NCBI GenBank assembly: GCA_041862375.1
Contig: JBGVTE010000126.1
Location: 70,776-134,775, forward strand
DNA length: 64,000 bases
Source: Candidatus Aminicenantaceae bacterium
GTDB lineage: Bacteria > Acidobacteriota > Aminicenantia > Aminicenantales > Aminicenantaceae
Reading direction: 5' to 3'
Shown: piece after piece, positions 1 to 10,324 of the stretch
How the letters are laid out: each line of letters begins with the position of its first letter
How positions within the stretch are numbered: the stretch's first letter is position 1
The notes under the pieces: model-generated
What the model was told of the DNA's origin: nothing
What the model saw: only the letters and a program-made list of their open reading frames with translations
Databases searched by the model: none
Program-made: the position numbers and the translations under genes

Positions 1-553
1 CAGCTCCTTCGCCTTGCACTTTCACAGGGAAAATAAGTATATGGAGATGAGCAAATCTCCTTTCTAATGTCCTGATAATATCCACAATAGCAGCTCCACG
101 GGGAGAAGTTACAACTCCAACTTTTTTGGGAAGAAGAGGAAGTTTTTTCTTAAACTTAGGATCGAAAAGGCCTTCTTTTTTTAGCTTCTCTTTAAGTTGT
201 TCGAAAGCTAGCTGCAGGGCACCTTTACCTTTAGGCTCTACTACATCGACAACAAGCTGATATTCTCCTCTCGGCTCATAAACATTCATATGCCCTCGAC
301 AGATTACCTGAAGTCCATCCTTCATCACAAAAGGCACCTTTTGAGCTTCGGTACGGAACATCACTGTTCGCAACTGGCATGCCTCATCTTTCAAGGAGAA
401 ATAGAGATGACCTGACTGGTGGCGATGGAAATTGGAAATTTCCCCTTCAACCCATATCGCGGGAAAGGTGCTCTCAAGCTCTCGTTTGATCAGGCTGGTA
501 ATTTCAGTAACAGTATAAATTTTCTCGGGTTTAACTGTATCTTTAATCGTCAA
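1..553 (-). CDS. xseA: Exodeoxyribonuclease VII large subunit, N-terminal part (gene runs off the left edge)
   Basis: The reverse-strand frame reads ...KIYTVTEITSLIKRELESTFPAIWVEGEISNFHRHQSGHLYFSLKDE..., a typical XseA OB-fold N-terminus. No in-frame ATG: probable TTG start at 551-568. It overlaps the ymdB stop. Confidence 0.7.
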   Translation of the reverse strand, partial: MTIKDTVKPEKIYTVTEITSLIKRELESTFPAIWVEGEISNFHRHQSGHLYFSLKDEACQLRTVMFRTEAQKVPFVMKDGLQVICRGHMNVYEPRGEYQLVVDVVEPKGKGALQLAFEQLKEKLKKEGLFDPKFKKKLPLLPKKVGVVTSPRGAAIVDIIRTLERRFAHLHILIFPVKVQGEGA

Positions 554-1352
554 TTTTTTCCTCAACAATCATTTCTCTTTGAATCTTCAAAGCTTTCCCG
601 GTCTGAGCTTCTATTTCTGTGAACACCGCTGAACAAAATAGCCCATCCTTTCCTGGTTCAAACCGCTGGGGGCGTGATGTCAGGAATCTTTTTAAGGCTT
701 GATCTCTGCGGATACCGATTATGGAATTATACCCTCCCACCATGCCGACATCTGTGATATAAGCTGTCCCTTGAGTAAGAATTCGTTCATCAGCAGTAAG
801 AACATGAGTGTGAGTTCCTATAACAGCCGAGACTCTTCCGTCCAGATACCAACCCATGGCCTGTTTCTCAGAGGTGGCTTCAGCATGAAAATCAACAATT
901 ATTGCTTGAGTGAGCTGGCCTAATTTCTTGAGCTCCTCATCGGCAGTCCTGAAAGGACAGTCAATAGGTTCCATAAATACTCTTCCTTGAAGGTTAATAA
1001 TGCCCACCTTTACGCCGCTTTCACCTTGAAAGAGATAACTCCCCTTCCCAGGATTCTGAGGAGGATAATTAGCAGGCCGCAGTAATCTTTCCTCTTTCTC
1101 CAAGTAGGAAATCACCTCCCTTTTATCCCATATATGGTTGCCAGACGTCAGGACATTGAGTTGACTCAAGAGCTCTTGGCCGACTTTCTCTGTGATACCA
1201 ATCCCTCCAGCTGCATTCTCAGCATTAGCTATAATAAGAACTGGTGAGTATTTCTCGATGAGAGAAGGAAGGTATCTCTTTAAAGCCTTCCTTCCTGGAC
1301 GACCGATTAAATCACCTAAGAAAAGGACTCGTATGTTTCTCTTATCTGGCAT
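543..1352 (-). CDS. ymdB: YmdB-family metallophosphoesterase (2',3'-cyclic-nucleotide phosphodiesterase)
   Basis: The 269-aa ORF aligns end-to-end with B. subtilis YmdB motifs ([37 protein letters not shown]). It lies immediately downstream of rny, the conserved rny-ymdB pair. Confidence 0.85.
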   Translation of the reverse strand: MPDKRNIRVLFLGDLIGRPGRKALKRYLPSLIEKYSPVLIIANAENAAGGIGITEKVGQELLSQLNVLTSGNHIWDKREVISYLEKEERLLRPANYPPQNPGKGSYLFQGESGVKVGIINLQGRVFMEPIDCPFRTADEELKKLGQLTQAIIVDFHAEATSEKQAMGWYLDGRVSAVIGTHTHVLTADERILTQGTAYITDVGMVGGYNSIIGIRRDQALKRFLTSRPQRFEPGKDGLFCSAVFTEIEAQTGKALKIQREMIVEEKIDD

Positions 1353-2913
1353 ACTCCACAGCTCTCATTTCACGTATGACAGTAACCTTGATTTGTCCCG
1401 GATAATCTAGTTCATCCTTTATCTTCTGAGCAATTTCTTTTGCAGCTAGAGCTGCTTCCTCATCGGTAATTTTTTGGCTTTCTACAATAATCCTTATTTC
1501 CCTTCCTGCTTGTAATGCGAAGGATTTCGACACTCCTTCGTAGGAATTGGCTATTTCCTCTAATTTCTCTAATCTCTTGATGTATGTTTCCAGAAGTTCG
1601 CGCCGAGCCCCAGGACGTGCCGCCGAAAGAGTATCAGCGGCCTGTACTAATACTGCTTCAACGGAAGGAAAATCAACATCACGGTGATGGGAAGCAATAG
1701 CCTGGACAACTGCTTCTGATTCACTGTATTTCTTAGTTAGTTCAACACTCAACTCAGTATGAGTCCCTTCGATTTCCTTATCCACGGCCTTTCCTATATC
1801 GTGCAAAAGGCCTGCTCTAAGGGAAACATTTGAATCAACTCCCAGTTCCTTAGCCATTAAGCCTGCGAGAAAGGCAACTTCCTGGGAATGCTGAAGTACA
1901 TTCTGCCCGTAGCTCGTTCTGTATTTGAGCTTACCAAGCAGCTTTACTAACTCAGGATGAACATCTTGAAGTCTCAATTCTAAAACGGCCGCCTCTCCCT
2001 CCTGTTTAATTTTCTCCTCCAGTTCTTCCTTTACCTTCTCAACAATTTCTTCTATCCGTGCAGGATGAATCCTCCCATCAAGAACTAATTTCTCTATTGC
2101 AAGTCGTGCCATTTCTCGGCGAAGAGGATCAAAGCTGGATAAAATGACAGCCTCAGGGGTATCATCCACAATGATATCAACACCTGTAGCCATCTCCAAG
2201 GCACGAATATTTCGGCCTTCTCTGCCGATTATCCTGCCTTTCATATCATCGGACGGAAGGTCTACCACTGAAACAGTTGTTTCCACTATGTGCTCAGCTG
2301 CTGAGCGCTGGATTGCTTGACTGATAATATCCCGTGCAACAAGAGCACTCTTCTGCCTTGTCTCATCTTCAATCTTTCGGAGAATCTGAGTAGCTTCCAG
2401 TTTAGCTTCCTCTTCAATCTTTTTTATCAGGGCGGTCTTCGCTTCTTCTTGAGTCATGCCAGACATCCTTTCGAGCTCCTCTGTTTCTTTTTGAATCAAC
2501 TGATTGTACCTATCCTGCTTTTCAGATGCTTCCTTCTCCCTCTGATATAGATTCCGCTCTTTAATCGAAAAATCTCGCTCCTTACTTTCAAGAGACTGAA
2601 ACCTCCGCTCCAAATTCTCTTCCTTGTGGACAAGCCTTCTTTCCATGTCATTGAATTTCCTCTGCCTGTCGCGCGTCTGCCTCTCAAATTCAGACTTGAG
2701 GTTTATGTATTTCTCTTTCGCTTCTAACGAAGCTTCTCTCTTTATTTTATCAGCTTCCTGCCTGGCCCCTTCCAAGGTTTTCTTTGCCTCCTGGTTGGCT
2801 CTGAAGATAGAACGCGCTATAGATTTATTTCTAGTCAGGATAAAAGCAATAGCTCCTACTAAAAAAACTACAATTATAGTGAGAATTAAAGAAGTTAGAT
2901 TCACTTTGATCAC
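1342..2913 (-). CDS. rny: Ribonuclease Y
   Basis: 523 aa with an N-terminal TM helix, a long charged coiled coil, a KH domain ([11 protein letters not shown]) and an HD domain (LLHDIGKA). Confidence 0.9.
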   Translation of the reverse strand: MIKVNLTSLILTIIVVFLVGAIAFILTRNKSIARSIFRANQEAKKTLEGARQEADKIKREASLEAKEKYINLKSEFERQTRDRQRKFNDMERRLVHKEENLERRFQSLESKERDFSIKERNLYQREKEASEKQDRYNQLIQKETEELERMSGMTQEEAKTALIKKIEEEAKLEATQILRKIEDETRQKSALVARDIISQAIQRSAAEHIVETTVSVVDLPSDDMKGRIIGREGRNIRALEMATGVDIIVDDTPEAVILSSFDPLRREMARLAIEKLVLDGRIHPARIEEIVEKVKEELEEKIKQEGEAAVLELRLQDVHPELVKLLGKLKYRTSYGQNVLQHSQEVAFLAGLMAKELGVDSNVSLRAGLLHDIGKAVDKEIEGTHTELSVELTKKYSESEAVVQAIASHHRDVDFPSVEAVLVQAADTLSAARPGARRELLETYIKRLEKLEEIANSYEGVSKSFALQAGREIRIIVESQKITDEEAALAAKEIAQKIKDELDYPGQIKVTVIREMRAVEYAR

Positions 2914-3125
2914 CTCCTTATCAGGTGAATCAAAGGAGACGAAAGTGTGGAGGGTTAAAAGATTCTCATTCTCGAAAAAATCTAGGAAATCTTACACCAA
3001 GGACGTCTTCAATGCTAATCTGGTTAACGCATTCAGCACAAACAGCATGCCAATAGCTATGCCTGCCAAGCATTACGCTTCCTCTCACTTTATCCATACT
3101 TGGTTCTTCTGTTTTTAGCTTTATA

Positions 3126-3452
3126 TTACGTAGTCTTTTCAGAATTTTTGTATGTAATTTCATTTTTTGATAAATGATCCTCCAAACTTTCCATTTCATG
3201 TTCCATATGCCCGATTACTTCATTAAGTTGATCTAATTTCTTCTCACTTGAAAGGTATTCGTCTGCAATGTTGAGTGCTGCAAGAACCGCGATCTTAAGA
3301 ACATCCACTGATTTGGATTTTGCAGCAACCTCATGCATTTTTCTATCAACATAAGAAGTAAGATGACTTATGTATTTTTCATCCTCTTCTCCTTTGATTC
3401 TTATCTTATATTTCTGTCCAAAAATCTCAATCTCAATTACTCTATCTATCAT
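3126..3452 (-). CDS. zapA: Cell division protein ZapA
   Basis: 108 aa; IEIEIFGQKYKIRIKGEEDEKYISHLTSYVDRKM matches the ZapA N-terminal signature, with a C-terminal coiled coil. It sits downstream of pheST as in Bacillus. Confidence 0.7.
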   Translation of the reverse strand: MIDRVIEIEIFGQKYKIRIKGEEDEKYISHLTSYVDRKMHEVAAKSKSVDVLKIAVLAALNIADEYLSSEKKLDQLNEVIGHMEHEMESLEDHLSKNEITYKNSEKTT

Positions 3453-3709
3453 ATGCCAATTTCATCTATTTGTTTAATTATTGCCTCAATCTTTCCTCGC
3501 AGAGCTTCTCTTTCGTTTCCGTATTTCTTTATCATTCCGCTGAATTTTTCTGCTTTCTTGGCTTGCTCTTCTACATCTCTTCTTTCAGACTTGAGATCCT
3601 TTATTTGTTGTTTCAGCTTCTGATTCTCGGTTGTAATTCTATTTATGTAATCTATAATCCTGGAGATTTTACCCTCAAGTATTCTAATTCTTTCTAGTTC
3701 ATTTGTCAA
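3449..3709 (-). CDS. Small coiled-coil protein (ZapB-like?) between pheT and zapA
   Basis: 86 aa, entirely a heptad-repeat charged coiled coil. Start/stop overlap neighbouring genes (operon). Confidence 0.4.
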   Translation of the reverse strand: MTNELERIRILEGKISRIIDYINRITTENQKLKQQIKDLKSERRDVEEQAKKAEKFSGMIKKYGNEREALRGKIEAIIKQIDEIGI

Positions 3710-5759
3710 TTTCCCCTCTCTTCCTCAACTGAATATTAAAACTCGACTTTAGTTTCTTGATAATTTTATCCTGGAGCACATCTACTTCCTTTGCCAGTAA
3801 TGTCCTTTGAGAGTGACGGAAGACAAATCGAAAAGACAGGCTAACCTTATCTTCTGGAATTGTAGATCCTGAAAAACGGTCATAAAGCTCATATTTCTCT
3901 AAGAAAGGAATAGAAAGGCCTTCTATTTCATTTTTTATATCTTGATACAAAACACTTCGATCTGTAAGAATTGAAATGTCCCGACTGACGCTCGGGAATT
4001 TTGTCACTTGAGTGTATTGAAAGGATTGGGGTTGTTTACTAAACAATTTTGCCAGGCTAATTTCAGCAGCACAAACAACTTCATCTAAAGAGTACACATC
4101 GAGAATTTTATCCTTAATTACGCCTATATAGCCAACTTTCTCGCCTTTGTATATCAAGGCGAGCGAGTATCCCTTCTCAAAATAATCATGATCTTCTTCC
4201 TGGAAGGAAAATGGTCTGTATTTTAAAAAATTCATCAAGAATTCACAGGCACCTTTAAGATGGAAAAAATTAATTTCTTCACTTTTTTCCTGCCAGTGCA
4301 GTTGCCCGATGAGACCAGTTGTGGCAAGGCTTAACATTAGTTCCTCATGAACATTCTTATCATACCAAAAGTAAGCGTTTCCTATCTCAAAGATATGGAC
4401 ACCTTCAGCACCTCTATTTTTATTCCACGAAATATTCTCCAGTAATCCTCCTAAAAGAGACGTCCTAAGGCGAGATGCCTTCATGGAAACGGGATTTCTA
4501 ATTGTAATTTCCTTTTGCTGACTGAGAAAGACTGTCTCCTTATCAGGGTCAGAAAAACTGAAATTAATGACTTCATCAAACCCATTATGGAATAGAAGCT
4601 GTCTTACGGTATTCACCCTCTCTTTCTTCTTGTCTTGAGAGAGCTCTGGAACTGATAATGGAGGAATAGTTGAAGGAACTTTATCATACCCGTAAAAACG
4701 AGCTGCTTCTTCGATTAAATCAGCCTCTCTTTGGACATCAACTCTGAAAAGGGGCACGCTTACTTGCCATGTTCCACTCTGTTGAACATCGACATTGAAC
4801 CCCAGATTTAAGAGAGTAACCTGGACAAAGTTCTCATCAATATCCATTCCTAGGAGTTCAACAATTCGATGGTGGCGAAGTACTATTTTTATGCTTTTTT
4901 TTGGCCGAGGATATACATCAATAATTCCTTCAGTAGCTTTACCTCCTAACTGAGTGAGCAAAGAGGCTGCCATGAGAGCTGCCCGAGGTGGAAAAGCAAG
5001 ATCAGCTTCCCGCTCAAAACGGTAAGAGGCATCAGTCTGAATCCCCGTCTCTTTGCATGTCTTCCTCACAGAGACAGGATTAAACCAAGCGCTCTCTATG
5101 AATACATCTTGAGTTGTTTCAGAAACAGCTGATTCTTCACCTCCCATAATCCCAGCAAGAGCCACTGGCCTTTTTTTATCCGCGATAACAAGCATTCCCG
5201 GAGAGAGAGGAACATCTTTTCCCTCAAGAGTTCTCAACGTTTCACCTTTTTGAGCTTTGCGGATTACTATTCTTTTCCCTTCGATTTTAGCTAAATCAAA
5301 AGCATGAATAGGATGAGCAGTCGATAAAAGGACATAATTGGTTACATCAACAACATTGTTTACAGAGTTGATGTCCATCGCATCTATTTTCCTCCTCAGC
5401 CATTCTGGTGAAGGCTCGACTTTAATATTTCTAACAATTATTCCGCAATAGCGGGAGCAGAGGTCTGCATCTAAGATTTTTATATCGACTAAATCAGAAG
5501 TTTTTTCAGGGCTTGTAGTTAAAGGCCAATCCCTTTCCTTAAGAGTTAATCCCAGCCCAACAGCTAATTCCCGAGCAATTCCTAAATGGCCCAAGGTATC
5601 AGGACGATTAGCATACGTTTCGATGTCGAGAATGACATCACCATCTCTTTCTTCCCAATCCTCAACCATTAATCCAATCATATTGAGCTTATCGATCAAC
5701 GCAGAGAGAGGAAGATTAACCTCCACGTATTCCTTAATCCACTCTAAACTTACTTTCAT
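3699..5759 (-). CDS. pheT: Phenylalanine--tRNA ligase beta subunit (short form lacking the N-terminal OB-fold tRNA-binding domain)
   Basis: 686 aa containing B1, B3/B4, B5 and the C-terminal catalytic-like domain. The ~110-aa tRNA_bind insertion present in E. coli PheT is absent. Confidence 0.9.
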   Translation of the reverse strand: MKVSLEWIKEYVEVNLPLSALIDKLNMIGLMVEDWEERDGDVILDIETYANRPDTLGHLGIARELAVGLGLTLKERDWPLTTSPEKTSDLVDIKILDADLCSRYCGIIVRNIKVEPSPEWLRRKIDAMDINSVNNVVDVTNYVLLSTAHPIHAFDLAKIEGKRIVIRKAQKGETLRTLEGKDVPLSPGMLVIADKKRPVALAGIMGGEESAVSETTQDVFIESAWFNPVSVRKTCKETGIQTDASYRFEREADLAFPPRAALMAASLLTQLGGKATEGIIDVYPRPKKSIKIVLRHHRIVELLGMDIDENFVQVTLLNLGFNVDVQQSGTWQVSVPLFRVDVQREADLIEEAARFYGYDKVPSTIPPLSVPELSQDKKKERVNTVRQLLFHNGFDEVINFSFSDPDKETVFLSQQKEITIRNPVSMKASRLRTSLLGGLLENISWNKNRGAEGVHIFEIGNAYFWYDKNVHEELMLSLATTGLIGQLHWQEKSEEINFFHLKGACEFLMNFLKYRPFSFQEEDHDYFEKGYSLALIYKGEKVGYIGVIKDKILDVYSLDEVVCAAEISLAKLFSKQPQSFQYTQVTKFPSVSRDISILTDRSVLYQDIKNEIEGLSIPFLEKYELYDRFSGSTIPEDKVSLSFRFVFRHSQRTLLAKEVDVLQDKIIKKLKSSFNIQLRKRGEIDK

Positions 5760-6799
5760 TTTAGTACAAATTGTCTGATAAACCGCAAATCATTCTCATA
5801 AAAAAACCTCATGTCATTGATATGATAGGCAAACATAGCGGCCCTTTCTATACCAAGACCGAAGGCAAATCCGCTGTATATCTCAGGATCAATGTTTACG
5901 TTTTTGAAAACTTGAGGATCTACCATGCCTGCTCCAAGAAGCTCTTTCCAGCCGCTTCCTCCACAGACACGGCATTCTTTATCTTTACCTTCACAAACAG
6001 TACAACCGATATCTACCTCAGCTGAAGGCTCAGTGAATGGAAAAAATGAAGGCCTAAATTTAATCTTAATTTTTTCGCTAAACAGGGCTTTAAGAAAATA
6101 TTCCAAAGTCCCCTTTAAATGGGCAAAAGTAATCCCTTTGTCCACTACAAGTCCCTCGACCTGATAAAACATGGGGAGATGAGTAGGATCAGAAGTTTCT
6201 CTTCGGAATACCTTACCTGGTATGATTATTTTTATTGGCGGCTTGCGCTTTTCCATGATCCGGATTTGGACCGGAGATGTATGTGTTCTAAGAAGAAGGT
6301 CATCTGTCAGATATAGAGTATCCCAGTCATCCCGAGCAGGATGGTGAGGAGGGAAATTTAGAGCTTCAAAATTGTAATAATCTGTTTCAATCTCAGGACC
6401 TTCCTCGATTGAATAGCCCATGGACAAAAAAATATTCTCAATTTCTTCCTGGAAGAGACGAAGAGGATGGGGAGCACCCCAGTATCTTTGTATTCCAGGA
6501 AGAGTAAAGTCTGTCTTCTTTACTGCTTTTTCCGCAACTCTGTATTTATCTTCAAGGCTCTGGAGTTTCTCTTCGATATATATTTTGAGATTATTAATCA
6601 TCATTCCAGCCTCAGGCTTCTCTTCGTGTTTTAATGTCTTTAATTCTTTAAAAAGGAGAGTCAGGTATCCTCTTTTTCGGCTTAAATACGTATTCCGCAG
6701 TTCCTGAAGAGACTTTCCATTCTTCACCTTCCGGAAGGCACTATCAAAGTTTCTTTGGTATTCCTCTATCCTAGCCTTAAAATTTTTCATATCAAGCAT
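5756..6799 (-). CDS. pheS: Phenylalanine--tRNA ligase alpha subunit
   Basis: 347 aa with class II aaRS motifs ([21 protein letters not shown]). Overlaps pheT by 4 nt. Confidence 0.9.
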   Translation of the reverse strand: MLDMKNFKARIEEYQRNFDSAFRKVKNGKSLQELRNTYLSRKRGYLTLLFKELKTLKHEEKPEAGMMINNLKIYIEEKLQSLEDKYRVAEKAVKKTDFTLPGIQRYWGAPHPLRLFQEEIENIFLSMGYSIEEGPEIETDYYNFEALNFPPHHPARDDWDTLYLTDDLLLRTHTSPVQIRIMEKRKPPIKIIIPGKVFRRETSDPTHLPMFYQVEGLVVDKGITFAHLKGTLEYFLKALFSEKIKIKFRPSFFPFTEPSAEVDIGCTVCEGKDKECRVCGGSGWKELLGAGMVDPQVFKNVNIDPEIYSGFAFGLGIERAAMFAYHINDMRFFYENDLRFIRQFVLK

Positions 6800-7148
6800 T
6801 TAATTCCTTGACTCTCTGAGCTATGCGATCAAATGTCTTGGGTGAGCTGACAGCTAAATCTGCTAAAATTTTCCTGTCGAGATCAATATGAAGTTTTCGA
6901 AGACCATTGATAAACCGATTGTATGAAAGCTCACGTTCTTCCGCGGCAGCCTTAATCCTGATGATCCAAAGGCGTCTAAAATCTCTCTTGCGGGTTCTTC
7001 TGTCTCGATAAGCATAAAGAAGGGCTTGTTCTACAGCTTCTTTAGCTGTCCGATAGTTATGACCTCTTGCGCCCCTATAGCCCTTTGCTAGCTTCAAAAT
7101 TTTCGATCTTCTCTCCTTTTTCCTCGGTCCTCTTTTTACTCTTGGCAT
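6792..7148 (-). CDS. rplT: 50S ribosomal protein L20
   Basis: 118 aa, MPRVKRG...YAYRDRR..., canonical L20. Confidence 0.95.
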   Translation of the reverse strand: MPRVKRGPRKKERRSKILKLAKGYRGARGHNYRTAKEAVEQALLYAYRDRRTRKRDFRRLWIIRIKAAAEERELSYNRFINGLRKLHIDLDRKILADLAVSSPKTFDRIAQRVKELNA

Positions 7149-7290
7149 CGTACTCTCCTTGTGTTTTGGTTAATAACGTTCACTTTCTCCATAAGCATTA
7201 CATAAATCTATCATCTATACAGTTATGTTGGTCCCTCGCTTTTAAAATAATAATCTGTAATTTTAATGTAATTTATAACGAAGGTCTTTC

Positions 7291-7491
7291 CTAAAATTCA
7301 TACGGAAGCATTTTCTTCACAGCACTCCTATCAGTTTTGTCTACATTGCCCTTCTTGCGTAGCATCCTTTTTCTCTTTGCTGACTTCTTCGTGAGAATAT
7401 GGCTTTTATAGGCCTTATTGTGGAGGATTTTCTTCTTTCCTGTGACCTTGAACCTCTTTTTGGCTCCTCTGTGTGTTTTTAGCTTTGGCAT
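7291..7491 (-). CDS. rpmI: 50S ribosomal protein L35
   Basis: 66 aa, [21 protein letters not shown]...; AGGAGG RBS 6 nt upstream. Confidence 0.9.
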   Translation of the reverse strand: MPKLKTHRGAKKRFKVTGKKKILHNKAYKSHILTKKSAKRKRMLRKKGNVDKTDRSAVKKMLPYEF

Positions 7492-8044
7492 CTTTGCCTC
7501 CTGACTTAATAGGACTCAGCAGTGTTGAGACCGCCCAGGGTTGGGTTCGCACCTCTCCATCCTGGTGAGCTATTTCTTTGACATCCTCAAGAACTCTGTC
7601 TAAGATCTGCTGCGCCAACTCTGGTTTTGACTTTTCTCTGCCTCTGAGCATGACCGTTATCTTCACCTTATTGCCCTCTCCCAGAAATCTCTGGACATGC
7701 CTGATTTTGAAATTGTAATCATGAATACTTATTTTCGGTCTGAATTTTATCTCCTTCACATGAATCTGCTTCTGATGTTTTTTTGCCTCTTGAGCTTTCT
7801 TATGTAATTCATAGAGATATTTCCCGTAATTCATTACTCGACAGACAGGTGGAGATGCTTGGGGAGCAATTTCAACTAAATCCATATCTTTTTCTTTTGC
7901 CAAGGATAAAGCCTCTGCTACAGGAAGTACTCCGACCTGATTCTTATCCTCGTCAATAACCCTAACTTCCTTTGACTTTATCATTTCATTAATCCGATGG
8001 GGTCTTTCTTTTCTTCCCATAGGTCTAAACGTTTTTCTTCTAAT
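7415..8044 (-). CDS. infC: Translation initiation factor IF-3, probable AUU start, C-terminal extension overlapping rpmI
   Basis: IF3 N- and C-domains are present (RINE.I...[25 protein letters not shown]). The ATG at 8020 has no SD. An in-frame ATT at 8042-8044 sits 5 nt after GGAGG, matching the conserved autoregulatory AUU start of infC. The ORF runs 77 nt into rpmI. Confidence 0.8.
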   Translation of the reverse strand: MRRKTFRPMGRKERPHRINEMIKSKEVRVIDEDKNQVGVLPVAEALSLAKEKDMDLVEIAPQASPPVCRVMNYGKYLYELHKKAQEAKKHQKQIHVKEIKFRPKISIHDYNFKIRHVQRFLGEGNKVKITVMLRGREKSKPELAQQILDRVLEDVKEIAHQDGEVRTQPWAVSTLLSPIKSGGKDAKAKNTQRSQKEVQGHRKEENPPQ

Positions 8045-8055
8045 GACTTCCTCCT

Positions 8056-9978
8056 TTAAAAATTCACATCCAATAATTTATTTTTATCTAATTCCTTCAC
8101 TTTTTCAAGGAATTCATTCACTTCTACTTCCCCTTTATCTCCCTTTCCATGAATTCTTAAAGATGCACTTCTCCTGGATACTTCTCTATCTCCCACAATC
8201 AGGATTAAAGGTATCTTGCAAGTCTCAGCCTCTCTAATTTTATACCCAATCCTCTCTCGACGAAGATCAATGTGAGATCTAAGCTCCGCTTCTTTTAATT
8301 TTCTATCCAAAGAACTGGCATACTCATTATGCTTCTCAGAAACGGGTAGAACAATAACCTGAATGGGAGCAAGCCAAACAGGAAAATTTCCATTATAATG
8401 TTCTATCAAGATGCCGAAAAATCTTTCAAGAGACCCAAGCAAAGCCCTATGGATCATGAAAGGTTTGTTAACCTTCCCATCCTCCCCGACATAATGTAGA
8501 TCAAAGCTCTCTGCGAGATTAAAATCAAGTTGGATTGTCGTGCACTGCCACGACCTTTTCAGAATATCCTTTATCTTGATATCTATTTTCGGACCATAGA
8601 AAACACCTTCACCTTCATCTATTTTATAATTGAGTTCTGTACTCCCTAAAGCGCGCTTCAAGGCGTTAATAGCTTTTTCCCAATCCTTGAGCTTACCCAC
8701 ATATTTTTCAGGTCGAGTGGAGAGAAAGATATCGAAATCTCCAAACCCAAAGGTTTTCAAAAGCCTTAGGGCAAGAAAAATCGCCCTCCTTATTTCTTCC
8801 TCTAGTTGATCATCACGGCAGAAGATATGAGCATCATCTATAGTGAAGCCTCTCACCCTCAATAATCCGTGAAGAACTCCACTCCTTTCAAAACGGTAGA
8901 CTGTCCCTAGCTCAGCCCAGCGCAACGGGAGTTCCCGATAGCTTCGTTGTCGTGACTTGTAAACCATGATGTGGAAAGGACAATTCATCGGTTTCAATTC
9001 ATACTCTACATTCTCAAAGTGCATGGGAGGATACATGGCATCATAAAACTCAGTGTGCCCACTTCGCCTCCAAACGTCAAGCTTGGCAATATGAGGAGCA
9101 TTTATGAATTCATAGCCATCCCTAACATGCTCCTTTCGCCAGTAATCTTCTATAATGTGTCTTACAGTAGATCCCTTGGGATGCCAGAGTACTAATCCAC
9201 CGCCCAAGTCCTCATGGAAGCTGAATAGGTCGAGTTCAGGGCCGAGCTTCCTATGATCTCTCTTTTTTGCTTCTTCCAGAAGCTCAAGGTGGTCTTCCAG
9301 ATGTTTTTTCTGGAAAAAAGCAGTTCCGTAGATTCTCTGCAGTTGCTCCCCCTTCTCATCACCCCGCCAGTAGGCACCCGAGACAGAAAGGATCTTGAAA
9401 TGTTTGATCAGTCCAGTGGAAGGAAGATGAGGACCTAGACAAAAATCTATAAAACTCCCCTGTTTATAACAGGTAATCTCTTTATCTCCTTTTTCCTCAA
9501 TAAGCTCAACCTTTAGCCTCTGTCCCATCTTTTTAAACAGACGAACGGCTTCCTCTTTTGAGATGACAACCTTTTCGACAGGAATATCCTTCCGGGCAAG
9601 CTCTCGCATTTTATTCTCAATGGCAGATAAATCTTGAGATGTAAAAGGCTGATCTCTTAAAAAATCATAAAAAAATCCGTTTTCAATTGCAGGTCCAATA
9701 CCAGTCATGGTTCCGGGGAAAAGCTCAAGCACAGCGTGAGCCAGAAGATGGGCAGTACTGTGCCTCAAAATTGTAAGCATTTCTTCTGAGTCTTTATACA
9801 TCAATTTCACTTCCATAGCCCTTTCCAGAGGTACATCCAAATCCACAACCTCTTCATTAACCTGGGCTAAAATGGGCTTTTTGGAAAGATCGAGACGTGA
9901 GACAAGCTCAGAGAGAAGAGTGCCCTTTTCGATTGAAAACGAGAACCCCTCAACGACGACCTTAACTATTTCCGCCAT
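8056..9978 (-). CDS. thrS: Threonine--tRNA ligase
   Basis: 640 aa with a TGS N-terminal domain, a class II catalytic core and an anticodon-binding domain. Conserved thrS-infC-rpmI-rplT order. Confidence 0.95.
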   Translation of the reverse strand: MAEIVKVVVEGFSFSIEKGTLLSELVSRLDLSKKPILAQVNEEVVDLDVPLERAMEVKLMYKDSEEMLTILRHSTAHLLAHAVLELFPGTMTGIGPAIENGFFYDFLRDQPFTSQDLSAIENKMRELARKDIPVEKVVISKEEAVRLFKKMGQRLKVELIEEKGDKEITCYKQGSFIDFCLGPHLPSTGLIKHFKILSVSGAYWRGDEKGEQLQRIYGTAFFQKKHLEDHLELLEEAKKRDHRKLGPELDLFSFHEDLGGGLVLWHPKGSTVRHIIEDYWRKEHVRDGYEFINAPHIAKLDVWRRSGHTEFYDAMYPPMHFENVEYELKPMNCPFHIMVYKSRQRSYRELPLRWAELGTVYRFERSGVLHGLLRVRGFTIDDAHIFCRDDQLEEEIRRAIFLALRLLKTFGFGDFDIFLSTRPEKYVGKLKDWEKAINALKRALGSTELNYKIDEGEGVFYGPKIDIKIKDILKRSWQCTTIQLDFNLAESFDLHYVGEDGKVNKPFMIHRALLGSLERFFGILIEHYNGNFPVWLAPIQVIVLPVSEKHNEYASSLDRKLKEAELRSHIDLRRERIGYKIREAETCKIPLILIVGDREVSRRSASLRIHGKGDKGEVEVNEFLEKVKELDKNKLLDVNF

Positions 9979-10060
9979 TAAAATTTATGTGTAAAATGCA
10001 TGGCAGGCAAACCCAATTATTTTCTCTTATGCTTCCTTTCGAATACTCGCTTCCAAAGAA

Positions 10061-10135
10061 TGGTAGGCGCGGAGGGTATCGAACCCTCGACCTCTTCCGC
10101 GTCAAGGAAGCACTCTACCACTGAGCTACGCGCCT
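10061..10135 (-). tRNA. tRNA-Val (anticodon GAC) with encoded CCA
   Basis: Reverse complement AGGCGCGTAGCTCAGTGGTAGAGTGCTTCCTTGACGCGGAAGAGGTCGAGGGTTCGATACCCTCCGCGCCTACCA. It has a 7-bp acceptor stem, D, anticodon and T arms (GGTTCGATACC); the anticodon loop TTGACGC gives GAC. Confidence 0.8.
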
Positions 10136-10156
10136 ACTCTCCTTAAAGCCTATATA

Positions 10157-10185
10157 TAATAAATAATTAACCTTGAAGCTGTCAA
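10157..10185 (-). promoter_or_regulatory. sigma70-type promoter for tRNA-Val (TTGACA-17-TTATTA)
   Basis: The -35 hexamer TTGACA at 10180-10185 and an AT-rich -10 at 10157-10162 place the transcription start ~14 nt before the tRNA 5' end. Confidence 0.6.
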
Positions 10186-10204
10186 TAGTATGCAAATGCC
10201 GTAA

Positions 10205-10225
10205 GCATCTTTTTCCCCGTGATGA
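10205..10225 (-). promoter_or_regulatory. Upstream motif copy A (TCATCACGGGGAAAAAGATGC), 19 nt 5' of the tRNA-Val -35
   Basis: Near-identical copies occur at 24787-24805, 24981-24999, 25758-25777 and 50176-50199. Confidence 0.5.
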
Positions 10226-10324
10226 GAGCTAAAATAGTTTTTAGCGATACTTTCTTACACTACAAACATTAGACAAAAGAGCTGTATTTTTTTAGAATAA
10301 ATAAGAATTTCCAAAAAAAGAAAA

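Noticed and set aside
2966-3199. 77-aa ORF between rny and zapA, overlapping the zapA 3' end
   Set aside because: It overlaps zapA by 74 nt in another frame and has no conserved features. The rny-zapA gap is more plausibly the rny 5' UTR and promoter.
9979-10060. Possible T-box or operator leader for thrS (and similarly 24651-24786 for valS)
   Set aside because: The leaders are only ~80 and ~140 nt with no specifier or T-box consensus visible. That is too short for a T-box riboswitch.
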